The notes under the pieces are model-generated. The model worked only from the letters and a program-made list of their open reading frames with translations. It was not told the origin of the DNA and ran no database searches. From Sphaeroforma arctica JP610 (Eukaryota), in contig NW_014040194.1 in assembly GCF_001186125.1 (NCBI RefSeq), forward strand, positions 24,249-82,448: a DNA stretch of 58,200 nucleotides, written 5' to 3'. This document shows positions 1 to 12,938 of the stretch, in pieces. The translations under genes were made by a program, and so were the position numbers. Position 1 is the first letter of the stretch. Each line of letters opens with the position of its first letter.

Positions 1-192
1 CTTACATATGTGTACATATACATATACACAATAAGTATCTAAATACGGAACCACTATACATTCGGGCATGGTTCATACCGTACGTAGTGTATGTGATTTA
101 GCGTCGATCCGGTTAAAAGTTATAACTTAATATTCTTTGTTTCGTCTACACAGGGAAAAGATTCAAGTCAGCAGCGCATACGAAATACTTAC

Positions 193-634
193 CATGCCCG
201 TCGAACACTGCCGCCAAAAGCCAGGACACTTTGCCGATCATAAGATCACATATGATAAACCTGTCCTCGTTGGATCGCTTCCTGCCCCTGTATGTGCTGG
301 CACCGGCGTCTCTGGCCAATCGCTTGAACTTGGCTGGAGTTCGCCTAGGCCACGCGGACGTTATTCTGGGGTCATCCAATTGTAATGCGGATGCATGTCT
401 TATCTGTGTGTTGGTTTGTATGTTAGTCAGTATGTTCGCGCCTTTTGATATTGACTTTATGTGGCGTCTCTCGGAGTGTATGGCTGTGTTTCGGTTGAGC
501 CTTAAACTTAACGGGCTTGTGAGAGTGCTGTTATGTCTATTGGTATTGTAGCCGGCTCTAAGTGTTCGCATACACATGGTTCGGTGTCCGCGCAGGCACT
601 GCATAGAAGAGGCCATTCCCAGTAACCGCTTCAT
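193..634 (-). CDS. Protein phosphatase 2C, mitochondrial PPM1K/PP2Cm-like; first coding exon only (gene continues off the left edge)
   Basis: ORF 146..679(-) contains PP2C motifs 'GASTYRGRKRSNEDRF' and 'AVFDGHG', followed at once by a GTAAG donor at 192. From ATG 634 (MKRLLGMASSM...) the N-terminus is Arg/Ser-rich and acid-poor, like a mitochondrial presequence. The PPM1K subfamily call rests on resemblance only. Confidence 0.75.
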
Positions 635-3026
635 AGAAGCAGATAACCTATATATATGTCCGTGTAGTTGTTCCGGCAAGTACTATTTCGATGTCAGATC
701 GGAGTGTATAAACAAACCTTATTTCTCATATACTATAATGAGCTGTTGATACCAAGAGAGAGTGTTCATCTAGAGATGATATCAGTCCACTTGACGAAAA
801 ATGTATGTTATCGAACTATCATTTCTGTGCTACTACTACTTGTGACTCCCCGGTGTGAATACATGCATTATTTATATAATTCATATCCGCTGTGTAATAA
901 CAATTGCTTTATTTTACTACCACTCGGCTGCACATAAATTTTATTTATTTTTTATTATAATTAAAACGGTGTAGTGTATATTAACTATAAATGTACGGAC
1001 AATGTACGGACTGTACGCATATCTAAAAATCTGCATCGCTGTGCTGGGTGCCTGGGCCTGGGCCGCCTGAAAGCTCTGGTAGTGGTGGTGTGATGATGAT
1101 GTGTAAATTCTACGCAGATTCGCAGAATGTCTACAAAAATATTTTCTTCAAATATTTTGTAAATAAACATGTAGAGTTGTAGACTGTAGTATGTACAGTC
1201 AGCCTAGGATCAGTCACTAGTCAGTAGTCAATACTATAACTACACAGAATCAAGAGCACAGAGTACAGACTATAGAGTACAGACTCATATATAGTTTAGT
1301 GAGTGTAGTACGGTACACTGTATAGTGTATGCTGACCTGAATAGTGCATAGACTTATTTACTCTCGACACTCGACAGTCCCTGCAGTCCTGCACTCTGCA
1401 GTCGACAGTTCGACACTCCACTTCAACAAGTCTTCAGACTTCAGTCTCCAGTACTCTTCACACACACACAAGCAAGAGAGAAGAGTCAACACTCAACAGT
1501 CAACATTTACGCATGTACCAGAGTCCAGACTACCAGCTTGTACCAGTACTTTGTAGAATACTATTCACTTGTTATTTTTATTTTAAAATACAAGAAGTCT
1601 GGCGTTCAGCTCCAAATGTAAATACTACATATTCATCGGCCAAATTGCCCTCCATTTTCGCCATCTGATTGTTTGTAAAATTGAGTATCCAATCATTTAT
1701 ATCCGTTGGCTCCGTTTTCGATGTCCCACAGTCCCAACTCCCAAGTCCCAAGTTCCAACCATAATAGCTCAGCGCCGTCAGCGGCCGAGACTCGAGACTT
1801 GAGACTCGGGGCCTCAGGCACACCCTCTCAGGACTCAGGATCGTCAACACTCCTCACTCTCAGAGACTCGGACTCATTCCTCACTCACTCAGGGCCTCAC
1901 AGCCGGGCTCAGCGGCAGCCTCACAAGTCACAGACACAGTGGGGAGTACACAGTGGTGAGTGGTGAGTGGTTACTACTCAGTGCTCACCAGTAGTCAGTG
2001 AGTCACGTCACAGCTTCAGCCTTCAGGCCCTCAGCCCTCACATCCAAACCAGCAACCCCACGGGCCACAGGGCACAGCCGCACAGGGCCGCCACAGGCCC
2101 ACACTCCACAGACCCCAGGCCCCAGCATCAGGCCACGGACACGGATAGCCCTTGAGTCCCCCTCAGGGCCTCAGGAGACCTAAATAAATAGGAGTCTGGG
2201 CCTCTGGGACTGTCCTCTCTGCTACTACTGGTAGAGAAAACCCAGTTTACCAGTGGCACACGACACGTCATATACTCTTTAGTCACTACTCCCATGAGGA
2301 TTACTGGATTTATTTACAAAGTCAATACCAAACATACCACTTTTACCTAAATATGAACAAACCAAAATTCGCCAAAGATATTCGAATACGAATTTCGGGG
2401 AACATTCTAGAAATATTTAAATATATTTTGGGGGGGAATTTTTTGGTCTCAAAAAAACCCCCCATACATAGTTATGTACATAATGATAAATATATACCGA
2501 TGTACTTGTAGTAGTAAATGACTAATGTACAGTATTTTAGAAGAAGAAAAATACATGTTTGTATGTATTCAGTTTTTTATTGACACAAAAACCGGCCGAG
2601 ACACTTAAACCTGCCACCACTATGCCAATTGTTAGAGACACCTCCACTATGCCTATCACGTAATTTTACCCTCAATATATTTACCTCTGCCTGTCACCTG
2701 ATGGCTGATGCTTGCATATTTACTTTCGGCTGTACGACGTCACATTTTTCTTAAAATAATCTGAACGCTTTGACCAATCGCTAATAAGTGTCAGTGGAAC
2801 TTTCCAGAAATAAATATTGGCTCAGATGTGTGTACTATTATATGTCACAATAATAGCAACGCGTGGTTGTCAAAAATAAAATGCATGACATGGTTCCTGC
2901 GTACATATCCAAATATCAAACTATTTATATTTAAGCCTTTGCATAATTCTCCACAAGACTTCAGTGTTGTTTACTTACTTCTACATACGTAGTTAGCTAT
3001 TTATCTGCTAAGTACTAACCCGAATA

Positions 3027-3413
3027 ATGTTTGGCAGACTCCTGCGCCCTGCCAGGTCGGTACCGATCGTCCTTAGAGTATGTCACATATGTATATAGCT
3101 GTGTGTGTTGTGTCACGCGTGTATTGATATCCACATGAATGTGGTTGTATGCGTGTTACGTCATATGTATATCGACGTGTGTGCGCTTCTAAGACTAATG
3201 TGTCACTGCATATTTGTGGTGAATAAATACGTTTTGGGCGACCATACCTTTCATGTGCTCACATGATATGATCTTTAAGATATTATATGTATGTTGAATG
3301 TCTTCCATCATTTATAAAATTAGTTATTTTTTACTTCTGATAGTTACGCGTATATTTGGAACTGATATATATATATAGATATGTGTGTGTGTGTGTGTGT
3401 GTGTATGTATATG

Positions 3414-3448
<35 letters not shown>

Positions 3449-3691
3449 ATGTACGTGTGTATAATATATATATATATATATATGGGGAGAGTAGAATGCA
3501 CGAAGAACTTTTGAGTCCTAGCTATATATCTATGTGACGTGAAGAGAAGTAGTGTGTTGTATCTAGAAACTGTCTTGTACGGGGGCAATTTCCAGAGTTG
3601 ACGAGACAGTTTTATGTATGTGGAATTCAGAATGAGGTATATAATTAGCATATGCTTCAATCGAAATTCACTATATATATATATATATAAA

Positions 3692-3722
<31 letters not shown>

Positions 3723-6700
3723 ATCTAAATGTGTATGTGTGTGTCTGTTTGTGCGTAGTAGATATACAAATTATAAGCGATACGAGTGAACACAATTGCA
3801 TATTGTCTGGTGATGATGTTCACTCGTACATGACTTGCATGTAGCTAGCCTACTCGGTTGTTTCCACGTAGATTGAAAGTAAGCAAGTACATGTATGCTC
3901 AAATCTGATATTGTTGTTTTTAGTCTGAACAAGTTGATTGCAACATTATAGTATATGAATGAGTACCTTGTGCTTTCTGTTTCAGATCGCAATAGTGATA
4001 CGCACGTGTTCGTATGCATACTTAGTATTGTGCGCTGTTGTATTCGTAATCTATCTCATTTACATAGTTCTATATACATACTATTATATTAACCTCATTA
4101 TCTGACCTACTAAACCCATATACCATCTCGCTGTATACGTACAACCCACGCGTGCCTCTATCAGAATGTCGAGCGCTCTTACTCAGTCGCCAGCAGTCTG
4201 CGCACCTTCGCACGCGCCAGCGCCAACCGCCCCGAATTGACAAAGCAAACGCCAGGCGTATTCGTACGCTTCAGCTCCAGCTCTAGTTCGTCTAAGGGTG
4301 CTGAGTCTGTGGTGACCGGCGAGCCTGTGTCCGGCTTCAACAAGGAGGATGAGGAGGATGGACCGGCTACTGCGGAGGATGTGGCCAGGATCATGCGTGA
4401 CTTGGGTGAGACGCCTGTAGATGTGACTAAGGATCGGGCGGTATGTTAGCATGCTTTGTATGTATGTATGTCAGGGGTGTGCCGTCGGTTGATACCGTGC
4501 ACGCTCGCTCGGTATCGCATGTGCTGGTTTACGAGTGTACGCATGTGTTGATATAGTGCTGATGCCCTACAACCCCCCGGACATACAGGCTCAGATGGAG
4601 GCTATGGATGACCCGGAGTTCAAGCTTGAGGATGCCGAAGAGATGATCAAGGAGGAGTTGATTGAAGAGACCGAGACCGCCACAGGGCCTGCCGAGAAGC
4701 GTGATTTCCAGGCGGAAACTCGCAAGCTGTTGGATATAGTGGCTCACTCGCTGTACTCGGACCGTAAAGTGTTTATCCGTGAGATTGTGTCGAATGCCAG
4801 CGATGCGTTGGAGAAGCTACGGTACAAGCAGCTGACCAACAACGACCAGATCAGTGACTCGGACCTGCCGTTGGAAATCAAGATCTCGGTGGATAAGGAG
4901 AAGGGTTTGTTTATAATCCAGGTGTGTGAGGTTTTAGTCCTAGTGCATGTTAGTTTATATCGTACCAGGGGTGTGAGGTTTGGTCCTAGTGCATGTTAGT
5001 TTGTCTCGTATACTCTTGTTTCACGTACGTACACTCGTGCATGTGTGGATATGAATAGCACGCAGCGTAGCATTGGTGGTTTCCTACAATGTAAATCTGG
5101 ATTATTCGTAGAAGTGGCGTTCAAGGGTATTCCTTGCCCTGGTGCTCAACTCAGCAATATATTGATGCTTTGTATAGTAAAATGCCAATGTTCAATCAAA
5201 TCCCACCTGCTTCACTGTACAATCTCGACTCTTGTTGTTTTTGTTGTTGTTTGATCCTCCGGTATTAACTATTCGTGGCAAATCTCATCCCATGTTATCG
5301 GGTTTTGGGTCTTGGCGTACAATACTGTTTAGCTCACGATTCCCATATTCTCATCCAGGATACTGGAATTGGAATGACTGAGGCTGAATTGGTCGAGAAT
5401 CTGGGCACAATCGCGCACTCCGGTTCCAAACAATTCCTGAACGAGCTCACTGACGGTATGCGAAGGACGATGGACTGTGATAGTGTTTGTGGGGGATGGG
5501 GGAGACGTTCGTACGGTTTTATACAGCTATCATGTGTGTATGATCCAACAGGAGGTTACCAGACAGTAGGTGTGCATGGTATTGTTCAACTGTCATATGT
5601 GTATGATCCAACAGGAGGTTACAAGACAGTAGGTGTGCATAGTATTGTTCTACTGTCCTATGTGTTTGATCCAACAGGAGGATACAAGTCAGTAGGTGTG
5701 CATAGTATAATCCTGCAAGGTGTATGTACAGTTTCTCGTGGACAATTTACGCATGTTCAGCCTCTTACCGGCTCTACACGTTTACACAACGGTGTTGGCA
5801 TCAAGACTGTGTGTAGGGTAAGTGTATCGGTGATCTACACCACACCTTCAGACGCACTCGTTAACACTACTGACACACCCCTCATACAGACCATCAATAC
5901 ATATCTGCACTACTGAGCATTGTAGCATACCACGGCCATCCTAATATATCCTCTTCCGCACTTGTCACACACTCTGCACACAGACAAGGGTGTGTCCAAG
6001 GACGGCATCATCGGACAGTTCGGAGTGGGTTTCTACTCCACCTTCATGGTAGGTAACAAAGTTCGCGTGTACACCCGCAGTTCACAACCCGGGCACAAGG
6101 GCTATCGTTGGGAGAGTGATGGCAGCGGTTCATACGACATCTCCGAGGCCGAGGGCGTGCAGCGCGGTACCAAGATCATTATTGAGCTTAAAGACGACTC
6201 CAAGGAGTTCTCCGAGCTTGGCAAGGTGCGTATAAGTATATATATATATATATACGAGATGTTGTGTGCTATATATGTGTATTATTTTGTACTCGTATGT
6301 TTGCGTTGTATGTGTTGGCGTTGAATATTAGGAGGGCAGCAGCAGTTAGTCGCTGAGTCCAGGAGCAGCGCAACGCTATTTAAAAACAAGCTTTGTGAGC
6401 CTCGCCAGCATAATGACGCCTTGAACACTCGCATTATATATACATCAATATGTGTGTGTGAGTGTATGAGTATACATTGGAGTTACTTACTTCTGTATGC
6501 AAGCGTATATCTCTAACCGAGTTTATTTGCAGATCAGAGTATTTGTAGTAGACATGGGTATGTTCGGCTCGTGCTGCGTGTGCATGTCAGCGACGGGGCG
6601 ATTCTCGTGCAACGTCAAATGGCTCCTGTTTGTAAGCAAGCAACCACGCATGTGCTGGCGATCCTAATGCACAAGCAATACCACCATACTTGTAAATTTA

Positions 6701-9700
6701 TGTATCTACACATACACACAGGCGTATGCATGTTGTCTCGGTTCTGAAGCATGGCACATCTGTCTGTACCACTCTGCAGGTCCGCACTATTGTTTCAGAC
6801 ATGAGCAACTTCGTTTCGTACCCCGTGAGTATCAATGGGGACCTGGTGAATACGGTCAAGGCCATTTGGACTATGCCCAAGAACGAAGTCACTGAAGAGA
6901 TGCACGCCGGTTTCTACCGATTCATCTCTGGAGACTACCAGGACTACACATACATGTATCAGGTAGGCAGCTAAGAAAACAGTGGCCAGGATGTGTTGTA
7001 TACAGTGGGCATGTATACATACGCACACGTATGTAGATCCATAAGAGTGTGCCACTCACTGGAAGATCACAGTTATTTTTTAAACAAAATATATCGATAG
7101 AGAATGGCTTTTCTTATGGTGGTCGTGTGCGAATCTTCTGCTCGAATCAAGCACAGTATACTATAGCTGTCTACATTTTTGTTTTTATTTTGTTTTTTTT
7201 TATCATATCACGAGCAACGTCGATAGTACTTCTGTGTATGTGCATGATGTGTTTGTCGTGCAAATACAACAACTAACTTGTGCATTCCACTCAAGTGACG
7301 GAGGCATCTACATATATATAAACATAGATACATATCCAGCAGCTGGGCACATCATTTACTTACATCATTCACAACACACCGTATTCTTGCAGTTCAACAC
7401 CGATGTGCCTATCGAGATCAAGTCATTGTTCTACATCCCCAGTTACCACAGCGAGAAGCTGGGCATGGGACAGACCGAGCCAGGAGTATCCCTGTACTGC
7501 CGCAAGGTTTGTTTTAACTGTATTTGTAAAGCCCAAATTTTGATATAGGTTTTTATCTTGGGATTTTTGCAATGCTGCATATAGCCTGTGAAGAAGAAGA
7601 AATAACATACATATGGGTGGGATTCGAGCAAACTAGATCGCTACTTTATTGCCGGTGATACTGGGCTGCTGGAAAACTTATACATTTGGGAGTCGCTGGT
7701 GCACGTAGGGAAGTAGTGTAGTGCTTGTATGTGATTCGTGGACACACGTGGTTGTGTAAACAATATACATGTACGTAAGCATGTGTCAATATTCTAAGTC
7801 CAGGGATATTTGTCGCAGTGTTGTATATAAATAGCGGATGCCGTATCAGTGGCGTAAACCTAATATATATATAAATTGTGTAAGTCAATTTTAGAGACAT
7901 ACAGCTCAGAATTGTGGCCAGTGGAACTCCTATTGGTACTCAGGTTTAAAGCACAAAAGCAGTAAATGACATTGGCTCGTTTGTTCTTTATTCTGAGTCG
8001 TATCTCTCATCAATAACCTCCGGTATAGTCATGTACCTTGTACATACACTCGCTATCTGTATGCACCTTAGGTCGAATTATTTTCGTCCCAACACTCTTG
8101 TAAGCAATACAACCCAGAAGACTTTCTCGTTGCGGATATCAATAAATATAGTCCTACGTTCTTGTAACAGGTGCTCATTCAAAACAACGTGAAGAAGATC
8201 CTGCCAGAGTGGATGCGATTTGTCAAGGGTGTAGTGGACAGCGCGGATATCCCTCTCAATCTCAGTCGTGAGCTGTTGCAGGACTCTACGCTCATCGCCC
8301 GTATGCGTGACTTGTTCGGTGACAAGATCGTCCGGTAAGCACCCCGAGTGTGGATTCATCTACGTGTGTATCTTCGCGGGCATGTATCGTCGCTTTATAT
8401 AATATGCATGTATATATATATATATATATATACCGTGCGCATTCATACAGGTTTTGTCCTCTATATATGTTGTTTATGGTTGTTTTACATCGTTGCGTCA
8501 ATGGGTTCGGGCATGGCTGCACGTTGTTAAATTTACTTTGGACACGTGACACCGATGCAACGGGTGGCAACTCAGGAAGGCATGGTATTTGGTGTCTATT
8601 GCATTTGCTCTTGTGTCAGACTTTTGGTTTTCGGACCGACAAACTAATATCTGTATATTCCCACAATATCGTAAATCTTTTCTCACCATGTGTCCAAGAG
8701 TAAGACCCATATATATATATATGCGTGTGTGTGTGTATGTATATGTAAGTTTTAGAACTGAGCCCGGTCTATTAATTGCCGTTCGTTCATACGCTGTTCG
8801 CCATGTATGCCAATCTACATGCCTTTGTGGTGTTCTTAACACTGCCCTGCTTGCATACAACCATTCAGAGAAATTGCAAAGCAGGCCAAGAAGGACCCCG
8901 CCAAGTACAGCAAGTGGTACAAAGACTTTGGCAGTTTCGTTCGTGAAGGTATTGTGACCGAGCCCGGAAACCGCGAGCGCATCGCAACTCTCGTGAGATA
9001 CGAGTCCAGCAAGAAGAACGCCGGTGAGCTGGTCGGCATGCAGGTAGGATATGTCCACACAGATGGGAGTTGTATGTGTGTGTAGATCGGCATAGCCGTA
9101 TACATACGTGTTGTTACAGCACGAATTTGTCGGCATGCAGGTAGGATATGTCCACACAGATGGGAGTTGTATGTGTATTGTTGACGTGTGCGTATCTCTC
9201 CTAAACAACCACTACACCTCAACTGCACGAATACAGGACTACGTAGATCGAGCCTTGCCCGATCAAGACATGATCTACTTCATCACCGCTCCCTCGCGTG
9301 CTGTTGCCGATGAATCACCTTATATGGAGGCCTTCCGCGAGAAGGACATCGAAGTTCTGTACATGTACGAGGAGTTGGATGAGATCGTCATGCAGCACCT
9401 GGGAGAGTTCGGCAAGAAACGTGTTGTCCACATCTCCAGTTCGGAAGCCAACCTGCACAAGGACACCCCGGAGTCGACCGATGAGAAACACTTGGACCTT
9501 GCTAAGTGGATGGCCGAGTCTCTGGGCAAGGATGTAAGTGTGCGTGTCCATACGTGCTAGAGCTTCGCGTCCACGTTTATCTGTGTATGCATATGAACGC
9601 TAGGATACTACACGTTAGTTGGTTTACATTCCTCCTGAATGTAGTCATATTCCTGATTCCAAGCGGCCTAGTACCAAGCACCACGGGGTCAGTAGTTGTC

Positions 9701-10607
9701 GGTCTCCGTAGATGTGGTTATTTACTAGGCCAATGTGCTCTATATTAACTTAAGCGATGGCATTGCAAGGCAGCGAGGTGAATCTGCGTTTGCCGGGCAA
9801 GCTTCTATTGCTTTATACTCGCATCTAGGATGCATTCCTTAGAGCGTTTGGCTCAAGATATATGTATCTACAGTTATCTGTATGCTGTGTATAGGGTGTG
9901 CAGATGCTTTCGATTGCTTGAAGTGCAAGGGCGCTGAATTGATAGCTGGTATTCTAGGGAAGCACTGTTCGGTTCCAAACAGCATATAGATATACTGTCA
10001 AATAACTGTCAACAAGCACGCGTCGCACTGTGGTTAGTGTGCTTGTACGCATCGACTGTGTACACACATACGCAAGCGAATACATCCACATGCTAAACGT
10101 CTGCGCTTGTTCTGTGTTCTGACTGGCTCCTATCAACAGGTCGTCAAGGATGTGAAGATCAGCACCCGCCTCACAAAGGCGCCTGTAGGTATAGTCGACC
10201 CCACAAGCGTGGGTATGCGTCGCATGCTGCAGATGATCGACTCGGACCGTGCTTCCAAGATCCCCCCTCAAGTATGTTCGCTGGCCTGATGTGTAGTTGT
10301 CTGCATATACAACGCATGTATATGCTTGTTAGTGCTTCTGCAGCTCTGTCTATACACCCCTGTCTACCCCGACACTCATCTGTCTATACACCCCTGTCTA
10401 CCCCAGACCCTGGAGATCAACCCTTCGCATCCCATCCTCACCAAGCTGAACTCCGTACGCGCCGACCAGCCCGACGTGGCGCAGCGCGTGACCCGTCAGC
10501 TGCTGGAGAACGCGCTGATTTCCGCGGGGCTGTGTGAAGACCCGCGCACGATGCTGGAGCGTATCAACCTGTTGCTGGAAGATGCCCTGACCAGGGGTGA
10601 CAAATGA
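3027..10607 (+). CDS. TRAP1: Mitochondrial HSP90 (TRAP1/HSP75), 12 exons, ~754 aa
   Basis: Manually spliced in-frame GT-AG exons: 3027-3077 ([17 protein letters not shown] presequence), 4165-4440, 4589-4921, 5359-5455, 5984-6225, 6780-6962, 7393-7506, 8171-8334, 8869-9043, 9237-9533, 10140-10271, 10407-10607. Motifs: [88 protein letters not shown]. No charged linker and no C-terminal MEEVD/KDEL. Confidence 0.95.
5530..5710. repeat. Intronic minisatellite, 63-bp unit x3 (TRAP1 intron 4)
   Basis: 'tgatccaacaggagg' recurs at 5541, 5604 and 5667. Confidence 0.9.
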
Positions 10608-12133
10608 GCTGGTTAGGAGGTTAGAGGGTTTGCTAGGGCGGACGAGGGAGATAGTGAGAGGCTTGTTGCTAGGTGCTAGCGTAGGTTTGCTTGGCGTCTG
10701 CGCGCGTATAAGAGCTTGAGAACGGTCTATAGTCACTGTACATGTACAGCATATACTAGCAGCATGCACTATGCTATGTCAAGGATTGGGATAGCAATGA
10801 TGGTTCGGTAGGCGGTATATCCGTGCGGGTTCGTGAGACCTAAACGGCAGAATCGAAGTATATTCTGCTGCGATGCGGAGAGTTTCTATCGGTCTAAGGT
10901 GGGATAACTCGTCAAGAGCATATTAAATAAAGTGTATATAAAGTAACCTGTGAAGTACATAGTGTGCAGACAAATGGACTGAGCTATTAGTATGTGGATT
11001 TGGCGTATCCCACGTGCAAGTACAAATTATTAAATAGGAATACACATACCTACACGTATCAACCAAGGAATATGAGAAGTACATACATAAGGGTTTTTTT
11101 AGTACTATGATTGTATAGCCCTTTCGGGCGGCGTCACCGACTGCAGCTAACTACAGATACGGACAGAGATACATACGTGTTGATAAGCCTAGATACATAA
11201 TATTGCACCCTGGATTGGTATCGAAGCGAATTGGATTGAACACGCGCTTGATTACGCAGGCACGGATGACTCGATTGCAACTTAGTTTCGTGTCCTTATT
11301 CTGAACTGCTGAAGCTTTCGTAAAGTTTTGCTTAGGATTACAAGCGGGTTTTAACTCAATTTCCAAGTATGCGTTTGGCTCGTATTTTCGCCATGCTGCT
11401 TTTAAGTGTGTCACATTCGATGCCCTGGTAGTTGCTGCTATTCTTTGTTATATGGAATCCTCGCTCGCATAGGCTCTATCCAAATACGATCATCTGGAGT
11501 GTTTAAACATAGGCAACATCCGCTACGATGATAACCTGGGGTGTTCGAAATTAGGCATCCACCGCTACGATAGACTTGAACCGCACATAAAGTGTTGATA
11601 TAGTGTATAATACTCGCGATTCTAAGTATCTGAGTGGAATAGATAGCCTTTTCGATAGCTTTTTATTTCAATTATGGCTATGTGTGTAAGGTATACTGCT
11701 CGAGATTCAAAGTAAGTGGAAAGCTTGCTCACGATACACTGAAGACCACTACTTACAAAGAATTGTAAAAGAGCTATGCATACTTCTTTACCACGGCAAG
11801 GGCGTTTAATGCGTGAAGGTGCAGACCCATAGGATATATTGTACGTGCATATGCACAGGTGTATTTCGACATAGAGACAGACCAGACACCCTACGGAAGT
11901 ATTTTTTTTTAACAAAATACGATATGTAATAAGTGGACCAGTTTCGTATTTGTATGACAACTGATAATAGTGATAACAATTTCATCGTAGATATCTATAT
12001 TATAAACTAAATAAATGTGGTTGGGGGGGTTAAAACGGTGCAATCACCATTCCACAGGCGCAGTTTACGGTAGTAGCCGAGGACATGCACACGGAGTTGT
12101 TGGAGGAAGCCTGGTACACAACTCATATGCACG

Positions 12134-12904
12134 ATGGAAGAGCCTGTGGTGTCTGACATTATGCTTGTCAAGGGCGTCAAGTGCCCTAAGGGATATATGC
12201 TTGTAAGTAGAATGGGCATGTCGACTATAAGAATTGTAAATGGCGTTTACTGTTGTTTATTGTTGATGCGTTGAGTTTACTATTGTTGATGCGATGTGCG
12301 AGATGCATCGCTGCAGTGTGTCTTTAGTACGGCCCCCTAAACATCTATGGAATGTGTGTCTGAGCGTCTCAGGAGGTTTCACTGGTGACTGGTGTACACG
12401 TCTACTTGATTGAGCTGCCGTAGTTAGTTATTTCAGCTAAATACTGAATGGGTCTCGAACTCACATATTCGCATCCGCATAGTCACTTTGATAGATTAAA
12501 TGATTCTTCGCGTAAATGATACAAGTCCACTTGGTGGATCGTTGTATAAGTAAAAGCACCGTTGCTTCCTCAACCCTCGGCCGCCCAAGCCTTAGTCGTG
12601 CACTATATCTATGTGAAGCAGTTGGTGTTGATTTTGTAGAGCTCAAGACCCGGTACAACATGGCAGTGTTAGCGAGTACGCGCATGTACGCATGCCTTCC
12701 CGCTTTCACAGCCGCATAAATAATGTGCATATATTTGTATATATATATTAAATATATATGTGTAAACGTATGCGTGTTGAGTGTGTGTGTCAGTGTTTGT
12801 GTGTGCGTATGAGTTTATATANNNNNNNNNNNNNNNNNNNNCACTCAAACACACTCAAACACGTGCATGCACAAACACACTTAAACTTATATATATATAT
12901 TTTA

Positions 12905-12938
<34 letters not shown>

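Noticed and set aside
3331..3844. Long ORFs rich in YI/HT/CV (also 12758-13263, 19959-20661, 28158-28442, 29120-30625)
   Set aside because: These are translations of (TA)n/(TG)n/(CA)n intronic microsatellites.
8498..9208. 236-aa minus-strand ORF and other antisense ORFs over TRAP1, PGM3 and COPB1 exons
   Set aside because: Antisense shadows of real exons and repeats with no domain signatures.
11151..11414. 87-aa minus-strand ORF between TRAP1 and MVB12
   Set aside because: No recognisable motif, and no consistent spliced model could be built.
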